Assembly (NCBI GenBank): GCA_030390025.1
Contig: CM059432.1
Location: 23,004,001 to 23,068,000 of the forward strand
Direction: 5' to 3'
Source of the DNA: Squalus acanthias
Taxonomy: Eukaryota
Length of the DNA stretch: 64,000 nucleotides
Both the position numbers and the translations under genes were made by a program. Of the stretch, positions 24,446 through 38,226 are shown in pieces (position 1 is the stretch's first letter; each line of letters begins with the position of its first letter). Under the pieces are notes generated by a model. That model searched no databases, was not told where the DNA came from, and saw nothing but the letters and a program-made list of their open reading frames with translations.

Positions 24446-26164
24446 TTTGAATGTTCCTAAGAACTAGGGTAGGAGGGGCAGGAGCTCTAATTGGCCAAAT
24501 GTCCTTTTTTCATTCTTGATTTATGTTCTGAATCTGTTAAAACCTTTCCAATTATGTCTATAGATTTATGATTGTGGAAGAACTGTATCGCTTGCAGATG
24601 AAAGTAGTTTAGTGTGGGTACAGACTTTCTGCTGGCTATTAACATAATGTGGGAACTGTAATGATCCCATTGCAGAGCCCTGAGGGACAACCAATCAATC
24701 ACGTTAGTGTCAGATGGTGACCCTTCAACGGAAACCATTTGATGTCATGTCTAAAAGATATGCTTGGAATGGTTTCAGTGCAACAGTGAGTTTCTCTGTT
24801 AGGAGACATAAGCAATTTGTATTGTATCAAAGGTCATGGCATATCAGAAGTGTTACAGTACATTACAGAAGTTATAATAGGATACCTAACAGATCAAGCA
24901 GATGCCATTTGACTCTCAAACAGGAGGTTATAAATTTTGGTCTCTGGGTTGCCTGTTATTCAAAAAAAAAATTTGCTTCCTCCTATACAACAGAATACTG
25001 AGCTGCATGAATCAGCTTTGATCCCGACATGCCCTTGACTCTGACTCCATCAGCCACTTCGGCTGTTCTTTCAGATTGGATCTTGTGCTGTTCAACAACA
25101 CCCGCTTCATAGAAACATAGAAACATAGAAGATAGGAGCAGGAGTAGGCCATTCGGCCCCTCAAGCCTGTTCCGCCATTTAATGAGATCATGGCTGATCA
25201 TCCAAATTCAGTACCCTTCAATCCTGAGCTGAGCATTTTATCTCCAAATCCAGCTGTTGTCAAGATTGCATTTTTCCACCTGCAGAACATTGCCTGCTTT
25301 CGCCTATATTTCTTCTTGTTGGTCTCTTTGCCTCCATCCATCAGTTAATCCAGAACTCTCCTGATTTCCGTCCGTCTCTTTCCTCCACAGTGGATTGACT
25401 TCAAGATCCTTGTCCTTGTCTTTCAAATCACTCCACAGTCTCACTGCACCCTACCTAAGCAATCTTCTCCAGCCATACATCTGTACCTGAATTCTCCACT
25501 CCTTTGACTTCACACCATCGCTTCTTACCTGCTCCACTATCAGAGAATGATCATCAGCCATTATGTCCTACGTTTTGCAATTCTCTCCAAAATCATTTTC
25601 CTTCACTATCTCCTTTATTGCATTCAAAAGCCTCTTTAAAGACCGCTTCCCCTTTCTCTGACTATATCTGTGGTCTCTCCCTCACTCTCCCTCCCAAATT
25701 CCTCCTTTTCCTGCTTGGTATCCATTTCTCCACCTTTGAGATGTACTTTTATGCAAGGAGTGCTAGGGAGAGAGGGAGACACGTGAAAGTTGTTATTAGT
25801 CAACAGATCTGAGCTAAAGTAGTGGCAGCGTTCGACAACTGGCCTCAGTACCCCTGGGATCAGGAGGAGAAAAAAAAATCAGCTAGCGATCCCAGTGTTC
25901 AGTGGCCTCTACTAGAAAGTGTACATGTGTGGAGGTAAGGCAGTGACAGGATTGGGCTCAGCTGTGATACTCTGCATGATCTGCCATCATTTGCTATTTG
26001 GACTCGTAAGAATCACCACCTGGTTGAGGTTGACCCATGGCTCATGATCCAGCATATGCTACTTGCTTCAGGAGAGGAGGAAAAACATTTGAAGGGAACA
26101 AAATCTGAAAACACAAATCTAGTTTGTTTATAAGATCACATGAATGACACAACTGCGGATTATT

Positions 26165-26890
26165 TTTTTTATTCGTTATGGGATGTGGGCATCACTGGCA
26201 AGGCCAGCATTTATTGTCCATCGCCAGTTGCCCTTGAGAAGGTGGTGGTAAGCTACCTTCTTGAACCGCTGCAGTCCGTGTGGTGAAGGTACTCCCACAA
26301 TGCTGTTAGGGAGGGATTCCAGGATTTTGACCCAGCGACGATGAAGGATCAGCGATATACTTCCAAGTAAGGATGGTGTGTGACTTGGAGGGGAACTTGG
26401 AGGTGGTGGTGTTCCCATGCGCCTGCTGCCCTTGTCCTTCTAGGTGGAAGAGGTCACAGGTTTGGGAGGTGCTGCCGAAGAAGCCTTGGCGAGTTGCTGC
26501 AGTGAATCTTGTAGATGGTACACACTGCAGCCACGGTACGCCGCTGGTGGAGGGAGTGAATGTTTAAGGTTGTGGATCGGGTGCCAATCAAGCGGGCTGC
26601 TTTGTCCTGGATGGTGTCGAGCTTCTTGAGTGTTGTTGGAGCTGCACTCATCCAGGCAAGTGGATCACACTCCTTACTTGTGCCTTGTAGATGGTGGAAA
26701 GGCTTTGGGGAGTCAGGAGATGAGACACTCGCTGCAGAATACCTAGCCTCTGGCCTGCTCTTGTTGTCACAGTATTTATTTGGCTGGTGCAGTTAAGTTT
26801 TTGGTCAATGGTGACCCCCCAGGATGTTGATGGTGGGGGATTCGCCGATGGTAATACCGTTGAATGTCAAAGGGAGGTGGTTAGACTCCT
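26165..26890 (-). mobile_element. 5'-truncated copy of the 16718-family LINE
   Basis: Colinear with 1165-1895. Confidence 0.88.
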
Positions 26891-27476
26891 AAATTATCAA
26901 CTCTGCCTCTACCTTACCACTAAGTAACAACTCAAATATTTCTTTCTTGAGCCATTTGCAAATGTTATTGACTATAATTAGTTTTACCATTAATAAATCT
27001 AGCACTGGTTGATTAAAGACTAGGAAGTAAAGTCGTACTTCGATATAACTCAACACCCACCACTTAAAGAATACAAACTACACCCACTGCATGTTAAAAT
27101 AATTGAACTGGCTAGCTCAAGAGTGGAAGTGGCCACAAAAATGAAAAAAGAAATTGGTACCAGCTTCAAAATGTCTAGCAGTTAGTTCCATGGTTTTGTG
27201 AAGCAGTTTGATGTGTATTACGAGTTCAAGGCATGAAACTGAACTGGAGTCACATTTGTTCTGATGAAGATTTTTCTATCAAGATACTTAGGTGTAGGAT
27301 CAGGACCCATAGTTCAAGATGCCAACAAGTTTCAAAAGCCTTAGAGAGAAGATTTTGTGTTTGCAGTTCATAGCAAAATCATAAAAATCTGGATAAAGGA
27401 CGCTCACAGTTTTACTAATAACGATTATCAGAAAATTCCCTCTTCACGAGAAGAAGCAAGATAAATAAAAATAGTA

Positions 27477-28110
27477 ACAAAAACAGAAAATGCTGGAAAT
27501 ACTCAGCAGGCCAGGCAGCATCCGTGGAGAGAGAAACAGAGTTAACCTTTCAGGTCTGTGACCCTTCGTCAGAACTGGATAAAGTTAGAGATGTAACAGA
27601 TTTTAACCAGGTGCAGGGGCAGGGAAAGTGGGGGAGGGAAGGAAAAAATGAAAGGGACAGTCTGTGATAGGGTGGAAGGCAGGTACCCTGACCTCTCCGT
27701 TCTCGGCCTCTTACACTGTTCCAATGAAGCTCAACGTAAGCTCAAGGAACAGCAGCTCATCTTTCGATTAGGCACTTTACAGCCTTCTGGACTCAACATC
27801 GAGTTCAACAATTTCAGACCATAACCTCTGCCCCTATTTTTTCAAGCTGTTGATAATTTTGCCATCCTCATTTGCAACATTTAACGACTCCTGCCTTCCA
27901 CCCTCTCACAGACCGTCCCCCCCTTTCCTTGCCCTTGCATCTGGTTAAAATCTGTTACATCTCTAACTTTTTCCAGTTCTGTCGAAGGGTCACAGACCTG
28001 AAACGTTAACTCTGTTTCTTTCTCTACGGATGCTGCCTGGCCTGCTGAGTGTTTCCAGCATTTTCTGTTTTTGTTTTGGATTCCAGCGTCCGCAGTATTT
28101 TGGTATTGTG
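27477..28110 (+). mobile_element. Penelope-like element (second family): inverted 5' arm, GIY-YIG C-terminus and 3' repeat
   Basis: 14-bp TSD aaataaaaatagta (27463-27476 / 28111-28124). 27690-27824 encodes DLSVLGLLHCSNEAQRKLKEQQLIFRLGTLQPSGLNIEFNNFRP*, a typical PLE GIY-YIG end. Arm 27477-27683 is inverted relative to about 27890-28075. Confidence 0.85.
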
Positions 28111-28369
28111 AAATAAAAATAGTAGTTGTTCACTGACACCAAGCTTAGGTATTGTAGGCTGTGCATTGTAGGAAAACTGAAGCAAGGAGTTCAGAGTTTT
28201 GACATGCTGAGAAAGAATGAGAATGGAAACATTATGTTGAGTCTTGATTTCAACACGGTTTGGATGCTGGAAGGAGGAAGAGTGTGTCGGAGCTTAGGAG
28301 GGTCAAGGAGCAGTGTGACCCTACTAATATCAATAAATATAAGAAGGATTCCAATAGATAGATAGAGAG

Positions 28370-28514
28370 GACAAAAGCAAAATACTGCGGATGCTGGAAA
28401 TCTGAAATAAAAACGGAAAATGCTAGAAATACTCAGCAGGTCAGGCAGCATCTATGGAGCGAGAAACAGAATTAACGTTTCAGGTCGATGACCTTTCGTC
28501 AGAACTGGAAAAAG
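28370..28514 (-). mobile_element. PLE 3' fragment (second family) with hammerhead motif
   Basis: Reverse complement of 27968-28110. Contains CTGACGA-A-AGGTC/GACCT-GAAACGTT. Confidence 0.8.
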
Positions 28515-29039
28515 TACTGTAAAGTAGAGTGGTTTTGGAGGCCAAAATGAAAGTAGGATTGCCTAGCGGACAAGGCTCCCCAAATATGGTAGATGCTTAA
28601 ATGTGTTAATATAGATAATTGTCTTCCAAATTCCAATTTAAAATCAGTCATTTCACTTTCTCTTAATGAATGTCTAATTATCTCCCTAGCAAATAATGGA
28701 GGAGGACTATAAGTATTTGGATTTCAACTTTGCCAATTGCAAAATGTATCCCATAATGACAAGAAGAAATCCTCTAGATGTGGGCATCCCACTCCTTGAT
28801 CAAAGGCAGGGATACTACATTTAGACACTTTCCTCACATGAAATAGTTGAGATTCAGGTCCTCAAGAGATATAAAATGTAATGGCTGTGGAATTTCTGAA
28901 AAACACAGGGAGTAAAAAAATGTCTTTATCATTTGCCTTCTATGTCCCATGATGTGATCCAATATGAGTTATGCCATTCTTCTTCTTGCAACATTATCCT
29001 TCTATCATGTGACCTAATTGCTACTGATATCTTTTGTGT

Positions 29040-29480
29040 GTCAACTTGGCTCAGATGGTAGCACTCTGACCGCTGAATCATAAATTTGTGAGTTTAAGCA
29101 TAATACCAGGACTTAATCTAGGCCAACATTTCACTGGAGTGTTGAATTGTCAGAGGTGTCATTTTCTGGATGAGATGTTAAACCAAGATTCTATCCGTCT
29201 GTTCACGTGGATGAAAAAAAATCTCATGACATTCATTACAGAAGTACAGGGAGCTGTCTTGGTCAACATTTCTCCCTTAATCAACAGCAAAAAAAGAACA
29301 GATTACCTGGCCATTCATCTTATTTGCTTTTGTGGGGCATTGCTGTGCACATGTTGACTACTATGCTTGCATACATAACAATAGTGACTGCACTTCTCGA
29401 GTAGTTAATTGGTTGTGAAGGCTTTGGAACATCCTAAGGGTGTAATAAGGTGCTACGGAAATTAAAATTCATTCTTTCTG
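29040..29480 (+). mobile_element. Old Deu-type SINE
   Basis: tggctcagatggtagcactct head. Body homologous to 4070-4530. Confidence 0.7.
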
Positions 29481-30297
29481 ATGAATTCCATTGCAGATAT
29501 TTTCATACAGCGATGGACCAAATGGCATCTTAGCTACTTATGGAACTTTTATAGCATAACAATTTTGTCGAAATTAATAACTCAATATTGGGACATAAAA
29601 ACATAGAAAACCTTGTCCTCTCAGTTGATGATGTTGTGTGAAACTTTACCCAACTGCTATTATCTGTTTACATAGGTGTCATGTTAGTTATTGAGCAGTG
29701 TTCTCCACTTTCCAGATTAAAAGAGGTGCCAACTTCATGGAAAAGTGGTGGGCACACCTTATTTCTATTTGTTTGAAAATGCACATCTCAATGATGCCAA
29801 CCATATCGAGACACATCATGCACCTTATATGTATCATCCTGAGGAAACGGATGCATGGCTTTTCTGCCTCCAACGAAAGATTGACAAACAACCTTTTATC
29901 AAGATAGTGCCACTTTAAGTGAAAACTGACAAAATGGTGAAAGTCGAATGAAGTCAGCATCAAAGTAACTTAAGTGAGACATGTGCTATGGGGCCAGACA
30001 ACAAGATACCGATGACAGATATTTTTACCAAATTATCACACGTGCATTCCTGGCTATAGTTAGAGGCAGCTTGGTGTCTACACTTGAGGAATGGACAGCA
30101 AATAAATCACTGGGAGGAGTGCAGTACTGTATTACAGGGCTCCCGATGTTGTACACCAACAGGTATGACTCAGTCCGAAATAATCTTTCCCTTTCTCTCC
30201 AAAGCTACAAAACTATTGGCAAATTAATATATATATAAAGAAACTTATATAAAATGCCAAGGACCAAGGTAGAGAGCCAATGTTGCAAAGAATCATA

Positions 30298-31091
30298 GGG
30301 GCGAATTTTAACCCCCCACGATGGGCGGGAAAGGGGTGGGGGGAAAGGTTAAAATTTCAAAAATCTGAAACCCGACCCCAACCCGCCTCGAATGTGTCCA
30401 CATCCGGTTTTAATGGGGGCGGGTTGGGGAGCGGACAACTAACTTGCCCTCAAGAGGTGGGCCAGTTATTTAAATGTGTTAATGAGGCGGCATGCCTCAA
30501 ATTTTAACAGACTTTTAAATTTAATGGCTCGTGGAACTCGATAGCTGAAGGGAGATGAGAAAGGCCGGATCCAACAGGTAAATGCCTTTCCAGCACTGCT
30601 TGTGGGCCTGGCGGAGCAGGTGTGCTTCCTCCCAGCCCCTCAAGCAAACATGCTTCCCTCCTCGCAATCGGCCTCCCTCCCCGCGATTCAAAGCCCCCCA
30701 TGACCCGTGATCTCTTCAACCACCACCCTACTTTTTACCCGAGATCCACGATCTCTTCAACCACCACCCCATGATTTCCCCCCGACCCGTGATCACTTCA
30801 ACCGCCCCCCCACAATCTCCCCTGACCTACGATCTCCCCCAACCCACAAACTCTTCAACCCATCTCCCACCCACGATCTCTCCCTCTCTCCCTTCCTACT
30901 CCAGGCTCCCTGGCTGCAGCCTTCCAACATCGGCCTTTGCACCCGACAGCCAGCCAGCCTCTCAATCTGGCTGGCTGCTAGCCGGGAAATGGGAAAAAAA
31001 ATTCAAATGAGGTCCTTCCGTTAAATTCGGCAGGGCCTCCACTTTAACCGCATTTCCGCTCCCTCACCGCCTCCCTATAAATATCGGGACC
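30298..31091. mobile_element. Harbinger-type MITE
   Basis: GGGGCGAATTTTA...TAAATATCGGGACC flanked by ATA on both sides. Confidence 0.72.
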
Positions 31092-31629
31092 ATAAAGTCA
31101 TACAGCACAGCTCTTAAGGGTATGGAAAAGAAAGAGTTAGAGGTAAATTTATTGTTCCTTGCAGGTAGCTACTTTTTGAATGTCGGAGAATCAGGACTAC
31201 ACTGTTTTGGCTCCACAGCTGAGTATGACCCCTGCTGAAAGTAGGATTATGGAATTCATCCTTTAGAATAGGGGATAGTGCAATGTGTTTGGTTGCAACA
31301 CATGACAGATGAAGAAGAATGGAATGGAGTTTAGAAGGACCATGTATGAATTCCTACAATTCTAAGTCTTTTAATAGACAATAGCTATTCTGCTATTCTT
31401 TCTATATAATAGCTCTGATAGTGATAACCAAAATTAGCCCAAGACCAAAGATGGATATTCAGTGCCATTTTTTAAAGGCGCATTTACTTTGCTGCTGGGG
31501 TTCCTGGGACAGTGCTGCTCAATCAGCGACCTATGACCTTCTCCACTGCTTACCTCTCCTGTATGCTTGTGGGAAAGGCAATAGAACAAGGCATCTGTTT
31601 TTAGTGCCTCTAACCCTCACTGCTGGGTC

Positions 31630-32560
31630 ACAACAATGTGCACTTATTTAGTACCTTTATCATAGAAGTCAGCCAAGGCACTTTGCAGAGGGGAGGAGAA
31701 AAAAATGAAATAAAACAGATAAATGAACAAGCGCTGAGACATGGAGGGAGAGTTAAGAGAGGTGACCGAAAGCTTGGGAAAAAAAAATTGGTTTTTGAGA
31801 TGATTAACAGAGATGGAGAGAAAAGTGAAGATGGAGATGTTCCAGAGAGTAGGGCTGAGGTGACCGAATGCTTTGCAACCAATGGTGGGCGAAGGGAGGG
31901 TACAATGCACAAAAGGCCAGAGTCAGTGGACTGAAAGGTATGGGAGAGAATGTAAAGGCTGGAGGAAGTTGCAGAGTTATATTGGAGTGAGGCCATGGAG
32001 TGATTTTAAGATGAGAATAAGGAATTTAAATTTAGTGCATTGGAAAACAGAAAGCAAGGACAGGAGTAATGGATGAGTGGGACTTAGTGCAGGTCAGGAT
32101 ATGTACGCCTGAATTTTGGACAGGTTGGAATTAATGGACAGTGAGGAATGGAAGACCAGAAAGGAAAACTTTGGAGAAAGCAAGTGTAGAGGTAGCAATG
32201 TACGGATAGGGATTTCAGTGGCAGTGCGACTGTGATAGGGTTTGAAGCTCAGTTCTGGGTTAAACAGGACATGGAAGTTTCATTTGGACTGGTTCAGCTT
32301 GAGCAAGTGGCTGAGAAATGGTGGCAAAGGAGTGAGTTTATGGTGGTGGCTGAAAACAATGGCTTCAGTCTTCCCGATGTTCAGTCAGAGGAGGCATTGG
32401 CTTATCCATATCTTGATAGCAGACAGGCAGCCTGACTACAAAGAGCTGATTGTGGAGTCGAGGGAAATGGTGGAGAAGTAAAACTAGTGTCTTCAGATGA
32501 AATCACCAAAGGGTAGCATGTGAATGAGGAAGAGGAGAGGTAAAGGATTCCAGGGCTGGC
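31630..32560 (-). mobile_element. Old L2 LINE fragment that appears to continue at about 34370-35400 beyond the CR1 insert
   Basis: Degenerate similarity to 11740-12800. Confidence 0.6.
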
Positions 32561-32749
32561 TATATGGAAGATGTGCCATTGTGTTGGGACATAAGAACAT
32601 AAGAACATAAGAAATAGGAGCAGGAGTAGGCCAATCGGCCCCTCGAGCCTGCTCCGCCATTCAATAAGATCATGGCTGATCTGATCCTAACCGCCAATCT
32701 ACTATCTATCACAGAACCATCTCCTGCATCTAACAGAATTGCACACACA

Positions 32750-34370
32750 AAATAGGAGCAGAATCAGGCTACACAGTCCCTGGGCCCGCTCCACTACCCA
32801 CAGGGCCATGACCGATCCGAACCTAGACTCATGTCCAAATTCCTGCCCGCTCCCCGTAACCCTTAATGCCCTTTACTTCTAGGAAACTGTCTATTTCTGT
32901 TTTAAATTTAATTAATGTTGTAGCTTCTACAGCTTTTTGTGGCAGCATATTCCATGGACCTACCACCCTCTGAGTGAAGTAGTTCCTCCTCATCTCAGTT
33001 TTGAAAGAGCAGCCCCTTATTCTAAGACTATGTCCCCTAGTTCTCGTCTCACCCGTCGTCGGGAACATCCTCCCCGCATCCACCCGATCCAACCCCTTCA
33101 CAATCTTATATGTTTCAATAAGATCGCCTCTCATTCTTCTGAACTCCAATGAGTAGAGTCCCAATCTACCCAACCTCTCCTCATATGACCACCCCCTCAT
33201 CCCCGGGATTAACCGAGTGAACCTTTTTTGCACTGCCTCGAGAGCAAGGATGTCTTTCCTTAAGTAAGGACACCAAAACTGTATGCAGTATTCCAGGTGC
33301 GGTCTCACCAATACCTTGTACAACTGAAGCAATACCTCCCTATTTTTATATTCTATCCCCCTAGCAATGAAAGCCAACATTCCATTTGCCTTCTTAATCA
33401 CTTGCTGCACCTGCATACTATCCTTTTGAGTTTCGTGCACCAGGACCCCCAGATCCCTTTGCACTTCAGTACTCTCCAGTTTCTTGCCATTAAGATAATA
33501 AATTGCTCTAGGATTTTTCCTGCCAAAGTGCATCACCTCACACTTTCCAGTGTTGTATTCCATCTGCCAAATCTCTGCCCACTTACTTAGCCTGTCTATG
33601 TCCCCTTGCAGGTTTTTTATGTCCTCCTCACTCACTACTTTCCCTCCCATCTTAGTATCATCTGCAAATTTTGATATGTTACACTTGGTCCCTTCCTCCA
33701 AATCGTTAATATAGATTGTAAAGAGTTGGGGACCCAGCACTGACCCCTGTGGAACACCACTAGTTACTGATTGCCAGTCTGAGAATGAACCATTTATCCC
33801 AACTCTTTGCTTTCTGTTAGATAGCCAATCCTCTATCCATGCCAGAATATTACCCCCAATCCCGTGATTTTTTACCTTAAGCAATAATCTTTTGTGTGGC
33901 ACCTTGTCAAATGCCTTTTGGAAGTCTAAATACACTACGTCCACTGGTTCCCCTTTATCCACTCTATATGTTACTTCCTCAAAGAACTCCAGCAAATTTG
34001 TCAAACATGACTTCCCCTTCGTAAAACCATGCTGACTTTGTCCTATTAAATTATGATTATCCAAATGTCCTGTTACTGTTTCCTTAATAATGGACTCCAA
34101 AATTTTACCTACCACAGATGTTAGGCTAACCGGTCTATAGTTACCAGCCTTCTGTCTACTGCCCTTTTTAAATAAGGGTGTTACATTAGCAGTTTTCCAG
34201 TCTGCCGGGACCTTAGCGGAATCCAGGGAGTTTTGAAAAATTATTACCAATGCATCTACAATCCCTACCGCCACTTCCTTCAAGACTCTAGGATGTAAGC
34301 CATCAGGTCCAGGTGATTTATCCGCCTTGAGTCCCATTATTTTACCGAGTACCACTTCCTTAGTGATTTT
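32750..34370 (-). mobile_element. Young CR1 LINE with uninterrupted RT-domain ORF (5'-truncated)
   Basis: ORF 32829-34526 has KSPGPDG, NYRPVSLTS, DFQKAFDKVPH, GVPQGSVLGP and FADD with no stops. The first ~50 aa come from flanking sequence. Confidence 0.95.
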
Positions 34371-36161
34371 GATCAGGTAGGAATGGAAACACAAAGGCAG
34401 TCCCTTGGAGCTGAACAATGGAGGAAAGTCCATGGAAGGGGATGATGTGGCTGTCCATATTGAGTGCTGTGGAAAGGTCAAGGTGGATAAGGAAGGATAA
34501 TGCATCACAATCACTGAAGATGTCATTTATAAATTTGGTCATGGTGGTCTCAGTGCTGTGAGCAGGGCAGAAACTAGACTGAAGGAATTCAAACAGGGAG
34601 TTTTGGGAGAGATGGGTACAGAGCTGCGAGTGAATGCCACATTCTAGGACATTATAGAAGAAAGGAAGGCTAGAGGTGGGGCTGTACTTAGAGAAGACAA
34701 CTGCATCAGAGGTGAATTTGATAATGGAAGGATGGGGTAGGGTAGATGCCCAAGCAAAGAAAATAATTAACAACATTGGCCAGCATGAGGGCCAGGAAGT
34801 TTAGTTGATTGGTCAGGAGTTATCAAGAGAGCACTAGGTATGTCTCATTAGAGGTTAGCTTAGAGAGGGTAGGGTGATTAATAAAGTGATTGATGTAGAG
34901 TAGGTAGGAGACTGGGAGGAGGGGGAGAAGAGGTTGGACATGGGGAGAAAGGGGAGATAATAGCAAAGGTGGCTGAAATCCTTGAACTCCTCAGACTTGG
35001 CATTGGCGGTGAGGGTGGAGGAGGACGAAGAGATGGATTTGAGAAGGTGTTTAGTCATGCAGAAAAGGAGCATTGGGTTGTTCTTGTCTTCAATGTAATT
35101 CTGGAGGAATTGGAGGATTTTGTCTAGGAAACAAGGCATGGTAATACAAGACATGGTTGGGCCAAATCTGTCAATAAATGACTAGTTGTGCATCAGTTGC
35201 CTCTGAGTTTGCAGCCCTCTGACTTAAGATAGAGAAGATGAAGAATGTATGGGGGAAATGGTGGGGGTGAGAAACAGTAATTGATTTGGTTGAATCGAGG
35301 GCATCAGTGGCAAAGGCAAGGTAGCAGTTTAGCAGGTCAACAATACAGATAGACAGAAAGAAGGCCAGATGAGAGGGAGATGGGAATTTGAGAATGAACC
35401 AGTGAGGGAGCTGAGAGAGAGTTTTCCATGAGCATATGTTGAGGGTAGTGGGTGTTGAGGGTAGTTGCTATAGAGGAAGGTAGAGGGACATCGGGATAAG
35501 GGATTGATCAGAACATTGGGACAGGTGGCTGATCGGGATGAGAGGGCATGAATGGTGGCCGGCAGTATTTTGTTGTTTTATTGTTGAGCCAGGAGGAGTA
35601 CTCCTGCTCCTCCTAACTCCACATTCAGGTCAGTATTTTTTCAAAACTTACCTTGGTGATGACCTGTAGCGGTCTCTTTAAAGATCGCCAGTTAGGCCGT
35701 ATGACCTGGTTTTCCTGATTTTCAGGGCAACCCAAATTTGCACAGGGTGCCTCAAACAAGTGTTAGGCCCCTTCTTTGCATATGCAAAGGGCCTAATGCC
35801 TGTTTAAGGCGCTAACCCTGGTAGCCTATATTTTGCCTATACTAATATGGTGGGCGGCGCACTTTCAGCTCGTAATGAGTGTGTACTTCTTACCTGCCAT
35901 ATTGGAAGCTTTGGTGCCCATTTAGCACCGCGAATCAGGTGTAGCGCCATCGAATTTCTAGACCCAAGTTCCCTTCGAACTAGGTTATGTCACCTTCTGT
36001 AACTATTGTTTGTTTTACTTGTTACCCAAATACCTGTTTTAAATTAGACCAAACATATTGGATAACTGTACACTTCGGAAGTAATTTTTGTCCCCCGTGG
36101 TAATCTTGGTATCAAATTGACCCAAAACTTGCTGTGGCAGACTTGCCCTTGCCCGTTTAAT

Positions 36162-36480
36162 GGGGGGAATTTTAACCCCCAAAAATGGGTGGTTTGGGGT
36201 CGGGTGGGAGGTTAAAGTTTTAAAAATCTGAATCCTGACCCCAACCCGGCTCCAACCCACCCACTTCCGGTTTTAACGGGTTGGGGGTGGGGAGGCGGGC
36301 GGCCATCCCACTCCCAGCAAGCGGTTTGCCACTTTAAATATTACAATGAGGCTGCGTGCCACATTTTGAATCTCTATTTTAAATTTAACTGTGGCTGACA
36401 GGTTTCCCTGCCCTCGGGGAACCCGCCAGCTAAAGGAAGGCAAGGACTGCTGGATCCAGCAGGTAAGCGCCTTTCCACAT
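36162..36480. mobile_element. Truncated Harbinger-type MITE (21717 family)
   Basis: Starts GGGGGGAATTTTAACCCCC and shares ccacttccggttttaacgg. Confidence 0.7.
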
Positions 36481-36737
36481 CACAGCCCAGTTCAAACCTG
36501 CTGTCACTTGACGGCCCCATCTGGACTTTGCATTCAAAGTCATTAGATACTGATCAGGAGTTAAATCCTGGCCTTATTTGCCTAACACGGTGCACTGTGG
36601 ACAGTTGTGCTAATACTGTCACTCTAACTGAGATCAGATAACTCAGTAGCAGGGCAGGCCAGGCTAGGGATTGAACCAGGAACTAGTATGGATCCATTCT
36701 GCACGGAGCAGCACACTTACCGACTGAGGTATTGGAG

Positions 36738-38226
36738 AACATAAGAAATAGGAGCAGGAGCAGGCCATTTGGCCCTTCGAGCCTGCTCCACCATTCAATA
36801 AGATCATGGCTGATCTTCTACCTCATCTCCACTTTCCTGCACTATCCCCATATCCCTTGATTACCTTCATATTCAAAAATCTATCGATCTCTGTCTTGAA
36901 TATACTCAACGACTGAGCCTCCACAGCCCTCTGGGATAGAGAATTCCAAAGATTCACCACCCTCTGAGTGAAGGAATTTCTTCTCATCTCAGTCCTAAAT
37001 GGCCGACCCCTTATTCTGAGACTGTGACCCCTGGTTCAAGACTCCCCAGCCAGGGGAAACATCCACCCTGCATCTACTCTGTCAAGCCCTGTAAGAATTT
37101 TGTATGTTTCAATGCGATCATCTCTCATTCTTCTAAACTCTAGAGAATATAGGCATCTTCTACTCAATCTGTCCTCATACGAAAATCCCCGCATCCCAGG
37201 AACCAGTCTGGTGAACCTTCGTTGCACTCCCTCTATGGCAAGTATATCCTTCCTTAGGTAAGGAGACCAAAACTGTACACAATGGGCCAGAAATTCGGGT
37301 CGGAGGCTTCCCGCGGGTGCAAGCCCCCAACCTTCACTTACCTAGCGCGCCTGTCATTGTGCTGTGGGCCCGCGTGGGATTCCGGTCCTGGGCCTCCTCC
37401 AGCTGCCGGTGTGCAGTGCTCGCGTGTCCCAGGGGCGCAGTTAGTTCGAAGCGTCCCCTGGGATCACATGGGCCATGGAGAGCCAATCGGAGCAGGGAAT
37501 CTCCATTCATAGATTTGACAGGAAGACCTGTCAAACGTATGAATAGAGATCACCCCCAAAACCTAACTAAAACTTCAAATAATTTTTTTTTAAAAATCAC
37601 AGTTTTAAAATAACTATAAATTACATAATTTAACTATTTTAAACAAAAATTTAAATTTTTGAAAAAAATAATTACAGTTTTTAACGGGGCTAAAAATAAA
37701 CTTACCTTTCTTTAAAGTATTTAAAAAAGATAAACCTGTGGGAAAAATGTTTAAATTTCACTTAATTCGTCACTTACCTTGTTAAAAGCAGGCCTTCGCC
37801 TGCTTTTTCCCCGCGCAGCTGCCAGAGACTTACCCTCACTTCAAAACCTGTAAAAAAAACGAAAGTTTGCTGCGTGCGTGCTGCCTCTCCGGCGCACGCA
37901 CTTGACCTCCGAACCCCTTCCTTCAAGGGAACGGAAGTTCCGGTTTCCAGCGCATGCGCAGTGCATGCGCAAAACCGGCACTTTCGTTGGGTCTACGGGT
38001 GAGTACACAGCACGTACTCACCCATGGAGACCCGAATTTCTGGCCCAATACTCCAGGTGTGGTCTCACCAGGGCCCTATATAATTGCAGTAAGACGTCTT
38101 TACTCTTATACTCAAATCCTCTTGTAATAAAGGCCAACATAGCATTTGCTTTCCTAATTGCTTGCTGTACCTGCATGTTAACTTTCAGTGATTCATGTAC
38201 AAGGATACCCAGATCCCTCTGAACAC
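36738..38226 (-). mobile_element. CR1 3' fragment split by a MITE
   Basis: QRRFTRLVPGMRG..RRMRDD. CR1 sequence resumes at 38047. Confidence 0.85.
37284..38046. mobile_element. Intact non-autonomous DNA transposon (PIF/Harbinger-like MITE)
   Basis: Perfect 18-bp TIR GGGCCAGAAATTCGGGTC / GACCCGAATTTCTGGCCC. 3-bp TSD AAT. Cleanly splits a CR1. Confidence 0.9.
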
